Part shown: positions 19,574 through 30,383 of the stretch, piece by piece | Layout of the letters: each line of letters begins with the position of its first letter | Numbering within the stretch: position 1 is the stretch's first letter | NCBI GenBank assembly: GCA_030668225.1 | Contig: DAOUUI010000001.1 | Span: 1-50,824 of the forward strand | Source: Deltaproteobacteria bacterium | GTDB taxonomy: Bacteria; Desulfobacterota; Deferrimicrobia; Deferrimicrobiales; Deferrimicrobiaceae | Direction: 5' to 3' | DNA: 50,824 nucleotides | Notes under the pieces: generated by a model | What the model saw: the letters and a program-made list of their open reading frames with translations, nothing else | What the model was told of the DNA's origin: nothing | Databases searched by the model: none | Position numbers and translations under genes: made by a program

Positions 19574-20446
19574 TCAGGCAAGTCTCATGTCGGAAAGGAC
19601 CCTGGCGAGCGCTTTCCGGTTTGCATCCCCCATCGGAGAGAGGGGCAGCCGGAACTCCTCGCGGATCATCCTCATCATCGCCAGGGCCGTCTTGGCGGGG
19701 ATGGGGTTGGTCTCGAGGAACAGCGCCTGGAACAGCGGCCACAACCGGTAATGGATGTCTCTCGCACGGGAAATCTCTCCGATGACGTAGGTGTCGTACA
19801 ACTCCGCCATCAGCCTTGGGGCGACGTTCGACGTCACGGAGATCACCCCCCTCGCGCCCAGTGCCATCATCGGGAAGAACAGGGAGTCTTCCCCGGAGAG
19901 AACGCAGAACTTCCTCGGGGTCATCCGGATGATGTCGCATACCTGGCTCAGGTTGCCCGAAGCCTCCTTCACCCCCACGATGTTCGGAATCTCGGCCAAC
20001 TGGGCCACGGTTTGGGCCGTCATGTTGACGCCTGTCCTTCCCGGCACGTTGTAGAGAATGATCGGGATGTTGGCCGACTCGGCGACCGCGCGGAAGTGCC
20101 GGCAAAGCCCGTCCTGCGTCGGTTTGTTGTAGTACGGCGTGATGACGAGCGCCGCGCTGGCCCCCGCCCGCTTCGCAAACCGGGTAAGGGCAACGGCCTC
20201 CTTCGTGTTGTTGGATCCGGTTCCGGCGATCACGGGGACGCGTCCATCCACGGCCTGGAGCACGGTATCGATGACGCGTTCGTGCTCTTCGAAGGACAGC
20301 GTCGCCGACTCCCCTGTCGTCCCGCACGGGACGATCCCGTCGGTGCCGCTATCGATCTGGAACTTCACGAGTTTCTTCAACGCGCTCCTGTCCAGCTTCC
20401 CGTTTCGGAACGGCGTCACCGTCGCGACAATGGCACCATGAAACAT
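19574..20446 (-). CDS. dapA: 4-hydroxy-tetrahydrodipicolinate synthase
   Basis: 290 aa. GAIVATVTPF, GTTGESATLS, YNVPGRTG and VGVKEASG. Confidence 0.93.
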   Translation of the reverse strand: MFHGAIVATVTPFRNGKLDRSALKKLVKFQIDSGTDGIVPCGTTGESATLSFEEHERVIDTVLQAVDGRVPVIAGTGSNNTKEAVALTRFAKRAGASAALVITPYYNKPTQDGLCRHFRAVAESANIPIILYNVPGRTGVNMTAQTVAQLAEIPNIVGVKEASGNLSQVCDIIRMTPRKFCVLSGEDSLFFPMMALGARGVISVTSNVAPRLMAELYDTYVIGEISRARDIHYRLWPLFQALFLETNPIPAKTALAMMRMIREEFRLPLSPMGDANRKALARVLSDMRLA

Positions 20447-20461
20447 CGGTCCCTCCCCTCT

Positions 20462-21289
20462 TTAATACCGGTACGCTTCTTCTGTGATCACTCCGTCGCA
20501 GGACCATGAGGTGTCCCCTTCCAGGTACACCTCGCCAAATCCCCTTTCCTCCTCATCGAAGTGGATAAGGAGTTCCTCCCCGCCCCTCGTACGAACGGTA
20601 ACCGGCGGACGGACAAGACCATGGACGGCAGAGAGGATGGCGCAGGCCACCGCACCCGTCCCGCAGGCAAGCGTTTCCCCTTCCACCCCCCGCTCGTAGG
20701 TGCGGACCGAAACCACGCCGTCGCGCACATGTGCGAAATTCACGTTGGTCCCCCGCGGCGCGAACGCGCGGTGCATGCGGATCCCCCGCCCCACACCGAT
20801 AAGGTCTGACTTTTCGATCCCGGGAACGAACAGCACGACGTGCGGCACGCCCGTATCGAGAAAGGAGTACCGGATTTTCCTTCCGCGAAGCGTGAGCGTC
20901 CTGTCGATTGCAAGCCCGCCGGGGGCAGTCATCTGGAGCTTCACGCGACGACCTGAAACATCGGCACGGATGAGCCCGGCCAGCGTCTCGAACACCATCG
21001 ACCGGCCTGCGATCCCGCGCTCGGCCGCGTACCGCGCTGCACAGCGGCCCCCGTTCCCGCACATTTCCGCGACGGAACCGTCCGCATTGAAGAAGTTCCA
21101 CCGGAAGTCGGCTCTGCGGGATCGCTCGAGGAAGATCATCCCGTCGGCCCCGATCGACCGGGATCGGTCGCATACCTTTCCGGCAAATGTCGGAAGGTCG
21201 ATCCTTTTCATGGCACCGTTGCGATTGTCGACCAGAAGGAAGTCGTTACCGCTGCCATTCAGTTTGGAAAAGGGAATTTCCTTCTTCAC
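20462..21289 (-). CDS. dapF: Diaminopimelate epimerase
   Basis: FSKLNGSGNDFLLVD, plus both catalytic Cys contexts (EMCGNGGRC, ACGTGAVA). GTG start. Confidence 0.92.
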   Translation of the reverse strand: MKKEIPFSKLNGSGNDFLLVDNRNGAMKRIDLPTFAGKVCDRSRSIGADGMIFLERSRRADFRWNFFNADGSVAEMCGNGGRCAARYAAERGIAGRSMVFETLAGLIRADVSGRRVKLQMTAPGGLAIDRTLTLRGRKIRYSFLDTGVPHVVLFVPGIEKSDLIGVGRGIRMHRAFAPRGTNVNFAHVRDGVVSVRTYERGVEGETLACGTGAVACAILSAVHGLVRPPVTVRTRGGEELLIHFDEEERGFGEVYLEGDTSWSCDGVITEEAYRY

Positions 21290-21380
21290 GTTCGTTTCGC
21301 CCCCGGAAATGTTCCGTTATGGTAGCAGATTGCATCCTCCCATTCCAACATCGCCCGGGGATCTTCCGGATCGCAGAATC

Positions 21381-22676
21381 CTACGCCTTCCCTCTCCGCC
21401 GGGTGAGAAACGATGCGGTCCGCTCCCCCCGGGTCAGGTCCCGTATCGACTCCCGTTCCCTCACCACCTCGAACCGGGAACCGGACACCATCACTTCCGC
21501 GGCGCGGGGCCGCGAGTTGTACGTCGAGGACATCGAAAAACCGTAGCCACCGGCGCTCATCACCGCAACGAGATCGCCCCCCGTCAAGGCGGGAAGTTCC
21601 CGGTCCTTCGCGAGGAAATCCCCCGATTCGCAGATGGGGCCCACCACGTCCGCCACCACCCTCCTCCTCGACGAACCCGCCACGGGTACGATGGCGTGGT
21701 ACGACCCGTAGAGCGACGGCCGCGCAAGATCGTTCATCGCCGCATCGACGATGAAAAACTGCTTCTTCTTCGCCTTCCCGTCCGTCTCCTGCGAGGGCTT
21801 CGTGTAAAGCACGCGTGTAAGAAGCACCCCGGCGTTCCCCACGAGCACCCGCCCTGGCTCGAGGACGATCGTGACGGGCAGCCCCCGGAACGCATCCACG
21901 ATACCATCCGCGTATTGCTGCGGATCCGGCGGGACCTCGTTTTCGTAGGTGATCCCCAGCCCTCCCCCGATATCGACGAAGCGGATGTCGAGCCCCTTGC
22001 GGATCAGACGGTCGACCAGAACACGGACCCTGCCGGCCGCATCCAGGAAGGGGGAAATCTCCGTGAGCTGGGAGCCGATGTGGCAGTCCACCCCGATGAC
22101 CTCGATGTGCCTGCGTCTTGCCGCCCATTCGTAATCCCGAACCGCCTGATCGATGTGGATGCCGAACTTGTTCTTCTTCAACCCCGTGGAGATGTAGGGA
22201 TGGGTCCTCGGGTCCACGTCCGGGTTCACGCGAAGGGAGATGGGCGCCTTTTTCCGCATCTTCCGCGCAATGCCGTCGATCGTCTCCAGTTCCTGCCGGG
22301 ACTCGACGTTGAACATCAGGATCCCCTGACGGAGGGCCTCCACGATCTCCCACTCCATCTTCCCGACACCGGAGTATACGATCTTCGAGGGAGGCGCTCC
22401 CGCCGCGAGCGCACGCGAGAGCTCTCCTCCGGAGACGATATCCACCCCGCTCCCGAGGTTGGTAAACGTCCGGATGACGGAACCGTTCGGGTTCGCCTTC
22501 ATGGAGTAGCAGATGATGTGCGGGATGCCGGAGAACGCCCGGTCGAACGCGCTGTAGTGGTGGGCGAGAGTAGTGTGGCTATATACGTAAACGGGAGTTC
22601 CCACGGCATCCGCGATGCGCCGGAGGGGAACACCCTCGCAAACCATCTCTCCTCGCTTCCTTTCGAAATGGTTCAT
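21381..22676 (-). CDS. lysA: Diaminopimelate decarboxylase
   Basis: 431 aa. [23 protein letters not shown] and CESGD. Confidence 0.93.
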   Translation of the reverse strand: MNHFERKRGEMVCEGVPLRRIADAVGTPVYVYSHTTLAHHYSAFDRAFSGIPHIICYSMKANPNGSVIRTFTNLGSGVDIVSGGELSRALAAGAPPSKIVYSGVGKMEWEIVEALRQGILMFNVESRQELETIDGIARKMRKKAPISLRVNPDVDPRTHPYISTGLKKNKFGIHIDQAVRDYEWAARRRHIEVIGVDCHIGSQLTEISPFLDAAGRVRVLVDRLIRKGLDIRFVDIGGGLGITYENEVPPDPQQYADGIVDAFRGLPVTIVLEPGRVLVGNAGVLLTRVLYTKPSQETDGKAKKKQFFIVDAAMNDLARPSLYGSYHAIVPVAGSSRRRVVADVVGPICESGDFLAKDRELPALTGGDLVAVMSAGGYGFSMSSTYNSRPRAAEVMVSGSRFEVVRERESIRDLTRGERTASFLTRRRGKA

Positions 22677-22680
22677 CGGT

Positions 22681-22833
22681 TCACCTCGGTTGGAATGAAA
22701 CCTGCGAAGAGGCCAATTTCGCCCACAAGGGCTCAGGCTTCGCCTTGCGCCCGCATGCGGACAGAAGACATGCGACGATGAGAATCAGGAAAAGGGCGAA
22801 ACGGGCCCGGACGCCCCCGACCCGGAGGTTCAT
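22681..22833 (-). CDS. Small (50 aa) lipoprotein, LptM/YifL-like by size, lipobox and position
   Basis: [50 protein letters not shown]. Lipobox is LLSAC. The ATG overlaps the argH stop as ATGA, and the stop is 4 nt before the lysA ATG. Too short for the ORF track. Confidence 0.5.
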   Translation of the reverse strand: MNLRVGGVRARFALFLILIVACLLSACGRKAKPEPLWAKLASSQVSFQPR

Positions 22834-24206
22834 GGTTTTTTCAGGGCCTCCATGCGGCTCTTTACTCTCCTCGGTCCGGTCCCGCCGCGGACGTTGCGCA
22901 TTCGGACGGAGTTAGTGAGGGACACGACATCACGCACGTCTTCCCCGATCTTGCGCGAGAAGGACCGTAACTCCTTCAGGCTCAGGTCCTTGAGCCGCTT
23001 CCCGTTATTCTCGCAATGGCGTACGATCTTTCCGGTGATCTCATGGGCTTTCCGGAACGGTATCCCCTTCCGGGCGAGGTAGTCGGCGAGGTCCGTGGCG
23101 GTCAGGAACCCGTCGTCGCAGGCAGCCCGCATCCGCTCCTCGTTCACCGTCATCCCCCGGATAAGCAGCGCCGCGCCGATCAGGGACTCCTTCACCGTCC
23201 GCGCCGAATCGAACACGGGCTCCTTGTCCTCCTGCATGTCGCGGTTGTACGCAAGGGGAAGCCCCTTCATCATGGTGAGCAGGTTCATGAGGTTCCCGTA
23301 CGCCCGGCCCGCCTTTCCCCGGATGAGCTCGGGAACGTCGGGGTTCTTTTTCTGCGGCATGATGCTGCTGCCGGTGCACAACGCATCGGGCAGGGAAAGG
23401 AACCCGAATTCGGCGGAGGACCAGTAGACCATCTCCTCGGAAAGACGCGACAGGTGCATCATGGTCACCGCGCAGGCGTACAGAAAGTCCGCCGCGAAAT
23501 CCCGGTCGGACACGGCATCGATGCTGTTTTCACACACGCCCTCCATCCCGAGATCCGCCGCGACAGACTCCCGATCGATCGGAAAGGTGGTTCCCGCGAG
23601 CGCCCCCGCCCCGAGAGGGGAGACGTTCGCCCTCCTGCGGGCGTCCCGGAACCGGTCCTGGTCTCTCGAGAACATCTCGTAGTAGGCAAGCAGGTGATGG
23701 GAGAAGAGGACCGGCTGGGCTCTCTGCACGTGCGTATACCCGGGCATCACGACACCGAACAGTTCTTCCGCGCGAGCGAGAACCGCCTCCTTGACCTTGC
23801 CCGTCAACACGACGATATCGTCGATCGTATCGCGCAGGTACAGCCGCAGGTCCAGCGCCACCTGGTCGTTCCGGCTTCTTCCGGTGTGAAGCTTCCCCCC
23901 CACCGTTCCCAGCCTCCGGATCAGGAACTGCTCCACCGCCATGTGAATGTCTTCCTGGGAAAGATCGAACGAGAGTTTCCCTTCCTCGATCTCCTCCCGG
24001 ATGGCCGTCAGGGCGGCGACGATCCTTTTGGCCTCCCCCTGCGGAATGATCTTCTGTCTCCCGAGCATTTTCGCGTGCGCGATGCTCCCCTCGATGTCAT
24101 GCCGGTACAGGAGGACGTCGTAAGGAATCGAGGCGGTGAACTCCTCGATGAAAGCATCTGTCTGCCCTTCGAACCTGCCGCTCCACGCTTTCTTCTTCTT
24201 CGCCAT
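22830..24206 (-). CDS. argH: Argininosuccinate lyase
   Basis: 458 aa. WSGRFEG, GRSRNDQV, and the GSSIMPQKKNPD signature. Confidence 0.94.
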   Translation of the reverse strand: MAKKKKAWSGRFEGQTDAFIEEFTASIPYDVLLYRHDIEGSIAHAKMLGRQKIIPQGEAKRIVAALTAIREEIEEGKLSFDLSQEDIHMAVEQFLIRRLGTVGGKLHTGRSRNDQVALDLRLYLRDTIDDIVVLTGKVKEAVLARAEELFGVVMPGYTHVQRAQPVLFSHHLLAYYEMFSRDQDRFRDARRRANVSPLGAGALAGTTFPIDRESVAADLGMEGVCENSIDAVSDRDFAADFLYACAVTMMHLSRLSEEMVYWSSAEFGFLSLPDALCTGSSIMPQKKNPDVPELIRGKAGRAYGNLMNLLTMMKGLPLAYNRDMQEDKEPVFDSARTVKESLIGAALLIRGMTVNEERMRAACDDGFLTATDLADYLARKGIPFRKAHEITGKIVRHCENNGKRLKDLSLKELRSFSRKIGEDVRDVVSLTNSVRMRNVRGGTGPRRVKSRMEALKKP

Positions 24207-24207
24207 G

Positions 24208-25416
24208 TCAACGCTTCCTTTTCGTGTGCATCGCCCGGATTTTCAGCCGGAGCGCGTTGATCTTTATGAATCCCTCCGCGTCGCGCTGGTTGAACACGGT
24301 CTCCTTTTCGAAGGTGGCGAAATCGGTCCGGTACAGCGACACGGGGCTCGACCGCCCCGCGACGATGCAGTTTCCCTTGTAAAGCTTGAGCCTGGCGGTG
24401 CCGGTCACGTTCTCCTGGCTCTTCTCCACCATCCCCCTGAGCAGCTCCATCTCCGGGGAGTACCAGTATCCGTAGTAGATGAGCTCGGCGAACTTGGGGA
24501 CCAACGAGTCCCGGAAATGCATTACTTCCCGGTCAAGGGTGATCGATTCGACTGCCCGGTGCCCGGCGTGGAGGATGGTCGCCCCCGGAGTCTCGTACAC
24601 GCCGCGAGACTTCATCCCCACGTACCGGTTCTCCACCATGTCCACACGACCGATCCCGTTCCGTCCCCCCAGCCTGTTAAGATGCGCCAGGAGTTTCGCC
24701 GGTCCCATCTTTTTCCCGTCCACCGCCACGGGGACCCCCCGCACGAAATCGATTTCCACGTACGTCGGCCTGTTCGGAGCTTTCTCCGGGGAACGGGACA
24801 GGACGAACATTTCCTCGGGCGGCTCCGCCGCCGGGTCTTCGAGGATCCCTCCCTCGAAGCTGATGTGCATGAGGTTCCGGTCGCTCGAGTACGGCTTCCG
24901 CACCGTCACCGGGGTCGCAATGCCGTGCTTCTTCGCGTAATTCACCAGATCGGTGCGTGACTGGAAATCCCACTCCCGCCACGGGGTAATGACGCGTACG
25001 CCGGGCATGAGCGAGTAATAGGTGAGCTCGAACCGAACCTGGTCGTTCCCCTTGCCCGTCGACCCGTGCGACACAGCCTCCGCTTTCTCCTTGCGTGCCA
25101 CCTCGATCTGCTTCTTCGCGATGAGAGGCCGCGCGATGGAAGTCCCGAGGAGGTATGTCCCCTCGTACACCGCGTTTGCCATGAGAGCGGGGTAGATGAA
25201 GTCCCTGACGAACTCGTCCTGGACGTTTTCCACGTAAACCTTCGAGGCTCCCGTCTTCTTCGCCTTGGCGCGGACGGGCGTAAGCTCTTCTCCCTGGCCA
25301 AGATCCGCCACGAAGGCGATCACCTCGCAGTCGTACGTCTCGATCAACCACCGGAGAATGACCGAGGTGTCGAGTCCCCCCGAATACGCAAGCACTACCT
25401 TCTTCACCTTTCCCAC
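24208..25416 (-). CDS. argG: Argininosuccinate synthase
   Basis: 402 aa. [26 protein letters not shown]. Confidence 0.94.
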   Translation of the reverse strand: MGKVKKVVLAYSGGLDTSVILRWLIETYDCEVIAFVADLGQGEELTPVRAKAKKTGASKVYVENVQDEFVRDFIYPALMANAVYEGTYLLGTSIARPLIAKKQIEVARKEKAEAVSHGSTGKGNDQVRFELTYYSLMPGVRVITPWREWDFQSRTDLVNYAKKHGIATPVTVRKPYSSDRNLMHISFEGGILEDPAAEPPEEMFVLSRSPEKAPNRPTYVEIDFVRGVPVAVDGKKMGPAKLLAHLNRLGGRNGIGRVDMVENRYVGMKSRGVYETPGATILHAGHRAVESITLDREVMHFRDSLVPKFAELIYYGYWYSPEMELLRGMVEKSQENVTGTARLKLYKGNCIVAGRSSPVSLYRTDFATFEKETVFNQRDAEGFIKINALRLKIRAMHTKRKR

Positions 25417-25437
25417 GTATTCCTCCTCCCCCTCCGG

Positions 25438-26352
25438 TCAGTGCGGAATGAGTTTTTCCAGGATGGCCATCTGCACGTGGAGACGGTTCTCGGCTTCGTC
25501 GAACACGGCGGACCGGGGGCCCTCGATCACCTCGTCGGTGATCTCCTCACCGCGATGGGCGGGAAGGCAGTGCATCACGATCGCCCCCTTCCCGGCAACC
25601 CGGAGAAGTTCGTTGTCGATGCGGTAGCCGCGGAACGTCGCGAGGCGTTTCCTCCGCTCCTTTTCCTGTCCCATGCTTGTCCACACATCGGTGTACAGGA
25701 CATCCGCCCCCCGCGCCGCCTCGAACGGATCCCGGAGCACCCGCACGTCCCCCCTGCCGACCGCCTCCGCTTCCCGGCGGATCCTCACGGAAGGTTCGTA
25801 CCCCTTCGGGCATGCGATGCGAAGCGTGAACCCGAGGAGGTGGGCCGCTTCCACCCAGGAGTTCGCCACGTTGTTTCCGTCACCGACATAGGCGACCTTC
25901 ATCCGGCGGAGGTCGAAGCCGCGCTCCTGGGCCGTCATGAGGTCGGCAATCACCTGACAGGGGTGGTGGTCGTCCGTGAGCCCGTTGATCACGGGAACGG
26001 AGGACGCGGTCGCCATCTCCTCGGCAACGGCATGGGAGAAAGTCCGTATCATGATCCCGTCCGCATACCGGGAAAGAACGCGGGCGGTATCCCGGATGGG
26101 CTCCCCCCGTCCTATCTGTGTATCCTCCAGGGACAGGAAGAGGGCGTGGCCGCCCAGACGGGTCATCCCCACCTCGAACGACACCCGGGTCCTCGTGGAC
26201 GCCTTCTGGAACACCATCGCCAAAGACTTGCCGGCAAGCGGGCGCGGAACGCTCCGTCGTCCCCATCTTCGCTTCCATGCCCGGCCGGAGGAGACGAGAG
26301 AAAGTACCTCGCGTCCCGCAAGGTCGAGAACCCGAAGGAGATCCTTTTTCAC
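25438..26352 (-). CDS. argF: Ornithine carbamoyltransferase
   Basis: FQKASTRTRVSFE, HPCQ, HCLPAHRGEE. Start set to GTG 26352, which overlaps the argD stop as GTGA and gives 304 aa. The track start at 26490 adds an implausible R-rich extension overlapping argD. Confidence 0.9.
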   Translation of the reverse strand: MKKDLLRVLDLAGREVLSLVSSGRAWKRRWGRRSVPRPLAGKSLAMVFQKASTRTRVSFEVGMTRLGGHALFLSLEDTQIGRGEPIRDTARVLSRYADGIMIRTFSHAVAEEMATASSVPVINGLTDDHHPCQVIADLMTAQERGFDLRRMKVAYVGDGNNVANSWVEAAHLLGFTLRIACPKGYEPSVRIRREAEAVGRGDVRVLRDPFEAARGADVLYTDVWTSMGQEKERRKRLATFRGYRIDNELLRVAGKGAIVMHCLPAHRGEEITDEVIEGPRSAVFDEAENRLHVQMAILEKLIPH

Positions 26353-27548
26353 TTCCGCCCCCCCTGCGGCAGGGATTCCTCGAGGATCAAGAGGCACTGC
26401 TGTATCTCCCCTTCGCTGACGGTCAACGGCGGAAGGAACCGGAGAACGTTTCCCGCCGTGCTGTTGACGACGAGCCCACGCGCAAGGCACCGGTCCGCGA
26501 TCTCCCGGGTCTCCCCGTCCATCTCGATCGCCAGCATGAGACCCATCCCACGGACCTCCCTTATGTCCTGCCGGCGGCCTGCCACCTCCCGCAGCCCCTC
26601 CGCGAACAGATCCCCTTTCAGGCGCACCCCGTCGAGGAACCCGGGGGACCGAAGCGCCTCGAACACGACCCGGGCCGCAGCGCAGCAGACCGGGTTCCCG
26701 CCGAAGGTGCTCCCATGGGTACCCGGTCCGAGGGACGCAGCCACTTCCTCGGCCGCCACTACCGCGCCCAGCGGGAGGCCGTTGGCCATCCCCTTTGCCA
26801 GAGTGACAACATCCGGTGTGACCCCGAAGCGTTCGCTTGCGAGAAAAGAGCCGGTGCGCCCCAGGCCCGTCTGGATTTCATCCGCCATGAGCAGAATTCC
26901 CCTTGCCCTGCAGAGCCGTTCGGCCTCCGCAAGATATCCGGGAGGGGGCATCCGGACTCCGCTCTCTCCCTGGATCGGCTCGATCAGAAACGCGCACGTC
27001 CCGTCTGTCAAAGCTGCATCGAGCGCTTCAGCGTCCCCGAACGGCACCGTCCGGAACCCGGGGAGCAGCGGTTCGAACCCCTTGTGTAACTTCGGTTGGG
27101 CCGTGGCGGACAGCCCCCCGTATGTGCGTCCGTGGAACGAACCTTCCGCCACGACGATTTCGTGCGCCCTCTCCCTGCCCCGGTCGACGGACCACTTCCG
27201 GGCAAGCTTGATCGCTGCCTCGTTCGCCTCGGTCCCGCTGTTGCAGAAGAAAACCTTGCCCCCCGTTGTGGACTGGGACACCAGCCTCCCCAGTTCCGCC
27301 TGGACGGGAACGTGAAAGAGGTTGGAAACGTGGACCAGGTTCTTCACCTGCAAGGAGACCGCCTGGGAGACGCCGGGGTGGGCGTGCCCCAGGAGGGCGA
27401 CCGCTATCCCCCCCAGGAAATCGAGATACTCCCTGCCGTCGGCGTCGAACAGGCGCGTCCCCTCTCCCCGTACGAAGACGACGGGGTGGCGGGTGTAGTT
27501 CCCCATCTGGTACTTCCCGGTCATGGCGATGATGTCGGAAGATGTCAT
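26349..27548 (-). CDS. argD: Acetylornithine aminotransferase
   Basis: 399 aa class-III aminotransferase. GHAHP, DEIQTGLGRTG, LAKGMANGLP. Confidence 0.9.
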   Translation of the reverse strand: MTSSDIIAMTGKYQMGNYTRHPVVFVRGEGTRLFDADGREYLDFLGGIAVALLGHAHPGVSQAVSLQVKNLVHVSNLFHVPVQAELGRLVSQSTTGGKVFFCNSGTEANEAAIKLARKWSVDRGRERAHEIVVAEGSFHGRTYGGLSATAQPKLHKGFEPLLPGFRTVPFGDAEALDAALTDGTCAFLIEPIQGESGVRMPPPGYLAEAERLCRARGILLMADEIQTGLGRTGSFLASERFGVTPDVVTLAKGMANGLPLGAVVAAEEVAASLGPGTHGSTFGGNPVCCAAARVVFEALRSPGFLDGVRLKGDLFAEGLREVAGRRQDIREVRGMGLMLAIEMDGETREIADRCLARGLVVNSTAGNVLRFLPPLTVSEGEIQQCLLILEESLPQGGRK

Positions 27549-28453
27549 TCCCGCTCTTCTTCCGGTTCCGGGGCGGTGATTTCCGTCCCGATCCCCGCAT
27601 CGGTGAAGATCTCAAGCAGAACGCTGTGGGGGACCCGCCCATCGAGAATGTGCACCTTCCTTACTCCCTTCCCCAGCGCCGTCAGCCCGCATGCCACCTT
27701 GGGAATCATGCCGCCGCTGATCGTCCCGTCCTGGATGGCGGCCGCCGTCTCGGCGGCGGTCATGGTGGAGATGAGTTCGCCACGGGCGTCTATCACCCCG
27801 GGAACATCGGTCAGGAGGATGAGTTTTTCCGCGGAAAGCGCCGCGGCCACCTCGGCGGCGACGGTGTCGCCGTTGATATTGTACGCCTCCCCCTCCGCCC
27901 CCAATCCGATCGGCGCAATGACGGGCACGAAGCCGCTCCTCTCCATCGCGTGAAGCACGCCCGGGCGGACCTCGACGACATCTCCCACGAGCCCCAGGTC
28001 CAGCAGGTCGGTATCCCCCCCCTTCGGGGAGGGAGCGAAATACTTTCGGGCGCGGATCAGCTCTCCGTCCTTCCCCGTCAGCCCGACCGCCTTTCCGCCG
28101 TACAGGTTGATCAGGGCGACGATCTGCTTGTTCACCGTCCCGCCGAGCACCATCTCCACCACTTCCATCGCATCGGGGGAGGTCACCCGCAGCCCCTCCT
28201 TGCGCTGGAAAGGAATCGAGAGTTTCTCCAGCATGCGGTCGATCTGGGGGCCGCCCCCATGGACGACGACCGGGCGGATTCCCACATACTGCAGCAGGAC
28301 GATGCTTTCCGCGAAGGAGGACATCCTCTCCTCGCCCACCATCGCCGCCCCGCCGTACTTGATGACGACGGTCTTCCCGCTGAACTCCCGGATGTAGGGG
28401 AGAGCTTCGATGAGCGTCCGGGTCTTCTGGAGGTATTCCCGCATCTCTGCCAT
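27545..28453 (-). CDS. argB: Acetylglutamate kinase
   Basis: 302 aa. VIKYGGAAM, VVVHGGGPQI, NINGDTVA. Confidence 0.92.
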   Translation of the reverse strand: MAEMREYLQKTRTLIEALPYIREFSGKTVVIKYGGAAMVGEERMSSFAESIVLLQYVGIRPVVVHGGGPQIDRMLEKLSIPFQRKEGLRVTSPDAMEVVEMVLGGTVNKQIVALINLYGGKAVGLTGKDGELIRARKYFAPSPKGGDTDLLDLGLVGDVVEVRPGVLHAMERSGFVPVIAPIGLGAEGEAYNINGDTVAAEVAAALSAEKLILLTDVPGVIDARGELISTMTAAETAAAIQDGTISGGMIPKVACGLTALGKGVRKVHILDGRVPHSVLLEIFTDAGIGTEITAPEPEEERE

Positions 28454-28467
28454 GTTCTCTCGCCTCG

Positions 28468-29844
28468 CTAGAGAATGTACCGGCTGACGTCCACGTCGCG
28501 TACGATGCCGGCGAGTTTCTCTTCCACATACGCAGCCGGGACGGTGATATCCTGCCCGGCGATCTCCGGCGCGGAGAACAGGAGATCCTCCAGCAACTTC
28601 TCCATGATCGTATGAAGCCGGCGCGCCCCGATGTTCTCCGTGCGTTCATTCACTTCGCAGGCCATCTCGGCGATCCTGTCTACCGCCTCCGGGGTGAAGA
28701 TCAGGCGAATCCCCTCCGTGGCAAGCAGCTCCGTGTACTGCCGGGTGAGGGAGCATTGCGGCTCCGTCAGGATGCGCACGAAATCCTCCCGCGTGAGGGC
28801 GTCAAGCTCGACCCGGATGGGGAACCTGCCCTGCATCTCGGGAATGAGATCGGACGGCTTCGTCATGTGGAACGCCCCGGCGGCAATGAACAGAATGTGG
28901 TCCGTCCGGACCATCCCGTATTTCGTGTTGACGTTCGAGCCCTCCACGATGGGCAGAAGATCCCGCTGAACCCCTTGCCGCGAAACGTCCGGACCGACCG
29001 CGGACTCACGCCCCGCGATCTTGTCGATCTCGTCCAGGAAGACGATCCCGCTCTGCTCGGTGCGCCGAACGGCCAGCGCCTTCACCTGGTCCATGTCGAC
29101 CATCCGCGATGCCTCCTCCTTCTCGAGAAATGCGAGGGCCTCCTTGACCCGCATTTTTTTCCGCCGGACCTTCTTGGGGAAAAGGTTTCCCAGCATCTCC
29201 TGGAGGTTCCCCTCGAGTCCCTCTCCGCCGCCTCCCGTGACCCCGATCAAGTCGATCGCCGGCATTCCGCTCTCGCTGACCTCGATCTCCACCATCCGCT
29301 CCGCGAGCTTCCCTTCCCGGAGCATGGTCCGCATCCTCTCCCTCGATTCCCTGCCCGCCTCCGCCGGTTCTCCTTGCGGCTCCCCCTGGCGATGCGGGCG
29401 GGGAGGAAGAAGGATGTCCATCAGGCGCTCCTCGGCGGTTGCACGCGCCCGGATCGCCACCTTTTCCATCTCCTCTGCGCGCACAATGTGGACGGCGATC
29501 TCGACCAGATCACGGATAATCGACTCCACGTCCCGCCCGACGTATCCCACCTCGGTGAACTTGGAGGCCTCCACCTTGACGAACGGGGCATCGGCCAGGC
29601 GCGCGAGACGGCGCGCGATCTCCGTTTTTCCCACGCCGGTCGGCCCCACCATGATGATGTTCTTCGGGGCGATCTCCTCCCGGAGTTCCTCGGGCACCTG
29701 CATCCGTCTCCACCGGTTCCGGAGAGCAATCGCGACGGCGCGCTTCGCCTTCTGCTGCCCCACGATGAAGCGGTCCAGCTCCGCGACGATCTCGCGGGGA
29801 ATCATTGCGCGGCCGCCCGGCAACTCCGGCTCCCTCGTGCTCAC
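28468..29844 (-). CDS. hslU: ATP-dependent protease ATPase subunit HslU
   Basis: [33 protein letters not shown] 29844 overlaps the hslV stop as GTGA; ATG 29805 is an alternative start. Confidence 0.93.
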   Translation of the reverse strand: MSTREPELPGGRAMIPREIVAELDRFIVGQQKAKRAVAIALRNRWRRMQVPEELREEIAPKNIIMVGPTGVGKTEIARRLARLADAPFVKVEASKFTEVGYVGRDVESIIRDLVEIAVHIVRAEEMEKVAIRARATAEERLMDILLPPRPHRQGEPQGEPAEAGRESRERMRTMLREGKLAERMVEIEVSESGMPAIDLIGVTGGGGEGLEGNLQEMLGNLFPKKVRRKKMRVKEALAFLEKEEASRMVDMDQVKALAVRRTEQSGIVFLDEIDKIAGRESAVGPDVSRQGVQRDLLPIVEGSNVNTKYGMVRTDHILFIAAGAFHMTKPSDLIPEMQGRFPIRVELDALTREDFVRILTEPQCSLTRQYTELLATEGIRLIFTPEAVDRIAEMACEVNERTENIGARRLHTIMEKLLEDLLFSAPEIAGQDITVPAAYVEEKLAGIVRDVDVSRYIL

Positions 29845-30383
29845 GTCGCAGCCACTTCCTCGGCCACGATGGCCGCGTTTGTATAGATACAGATCTCCGA
29901 GGCGATGCGAAGCGCCTCCCGGGCGATGTCGATCGCAGATTTATCGGTATGAAGCAGCATGGCACGGGCCGCCGCCATGGCGAAGGACCCACCGGACCCC
30001 ACCCCGATCACGCCGTCGTCCGGCTCGACAACGTCGCCGCTTCCGGAAAGGAGCATGAGGTCGCTCCCGTCCGTCACGACCATGAGTGCATCCAGCCGGC
30101 GGAGTACCCTGTCCGTTCTCCAGTCCTTGGCAAGCTCCACCGCCGAACGCCGGAGATTTCCATGGAACTCCACCAGTTTCCCCTCGAACTTCTCGAAAAG
30201 CGTAAAGGCGTCCGCAGTAGCGCCTGCAAACCCGGCTACGATGCGGTCCTGGTGCAGGCGACGGATCTTGCGTGCCGTGTGCTTCAAAACGGTGCTCCCT
30301 ATCGTCACCTGCCCGTCCCCCGCCATCGCCACCCGGCCCCCGCGGGAGACCGCGATGATCGTCGTTCCCCGTGCCTCCTTCAT
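29841..30383 (-). CDS. hslV: ATP-dependent protease subunit HslV
   Basis: 180 aa. GTTIIAV catalytic Thr context and GSGG. Confidence 0.93.
   Translation of the reverse strand: MKEARGTTIIAVSRGGRVAMAGDGQVTIGSTVLKHTARKIRRLHQDRIVAGFAGATADAFTLFEKFEGKLVEFHGNLRRSAVELAKDWRTDRVLRRLDALMVVTDGSDLMLLSGSGDVVEPDDGVIGVGSGGSFAMAAARAMLLHTDKSAIDIAREALRIASEICIYTNAAIVAEEVAAT

Noticed and set aside
21290-21380. Possible 19-codon ORF (MLEWEDAICYHNGTFPGAKRT) in the lysA-dapF gap.
   Set aside because: It is the tail of a spurious off-frame ORF, has no convincing SD, and shows no recognisable peptide features.
25438-26490. Long forms of argF (start 26490), trmFO (33515), aroE (40112) and glcF-like (6961) as listed in the ORF track.
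   Set aside because: Each extension overlaps the preceding gene by 70-190 nt and encodes R/S/P-rich sequence absent from these families. In-frame GTG/TTG starts at 4-nt start/stop overlaps (or just upstream of the first conserved motif) give canonical protein lengths.
27060-27080. GGTTCGAACCCC, a T-loop-like string suggesting a tRNA.
   Set aside because: It lies inside the well-supported argD coding sequence, and no acceptor or anticodon stems can be drawn around it.
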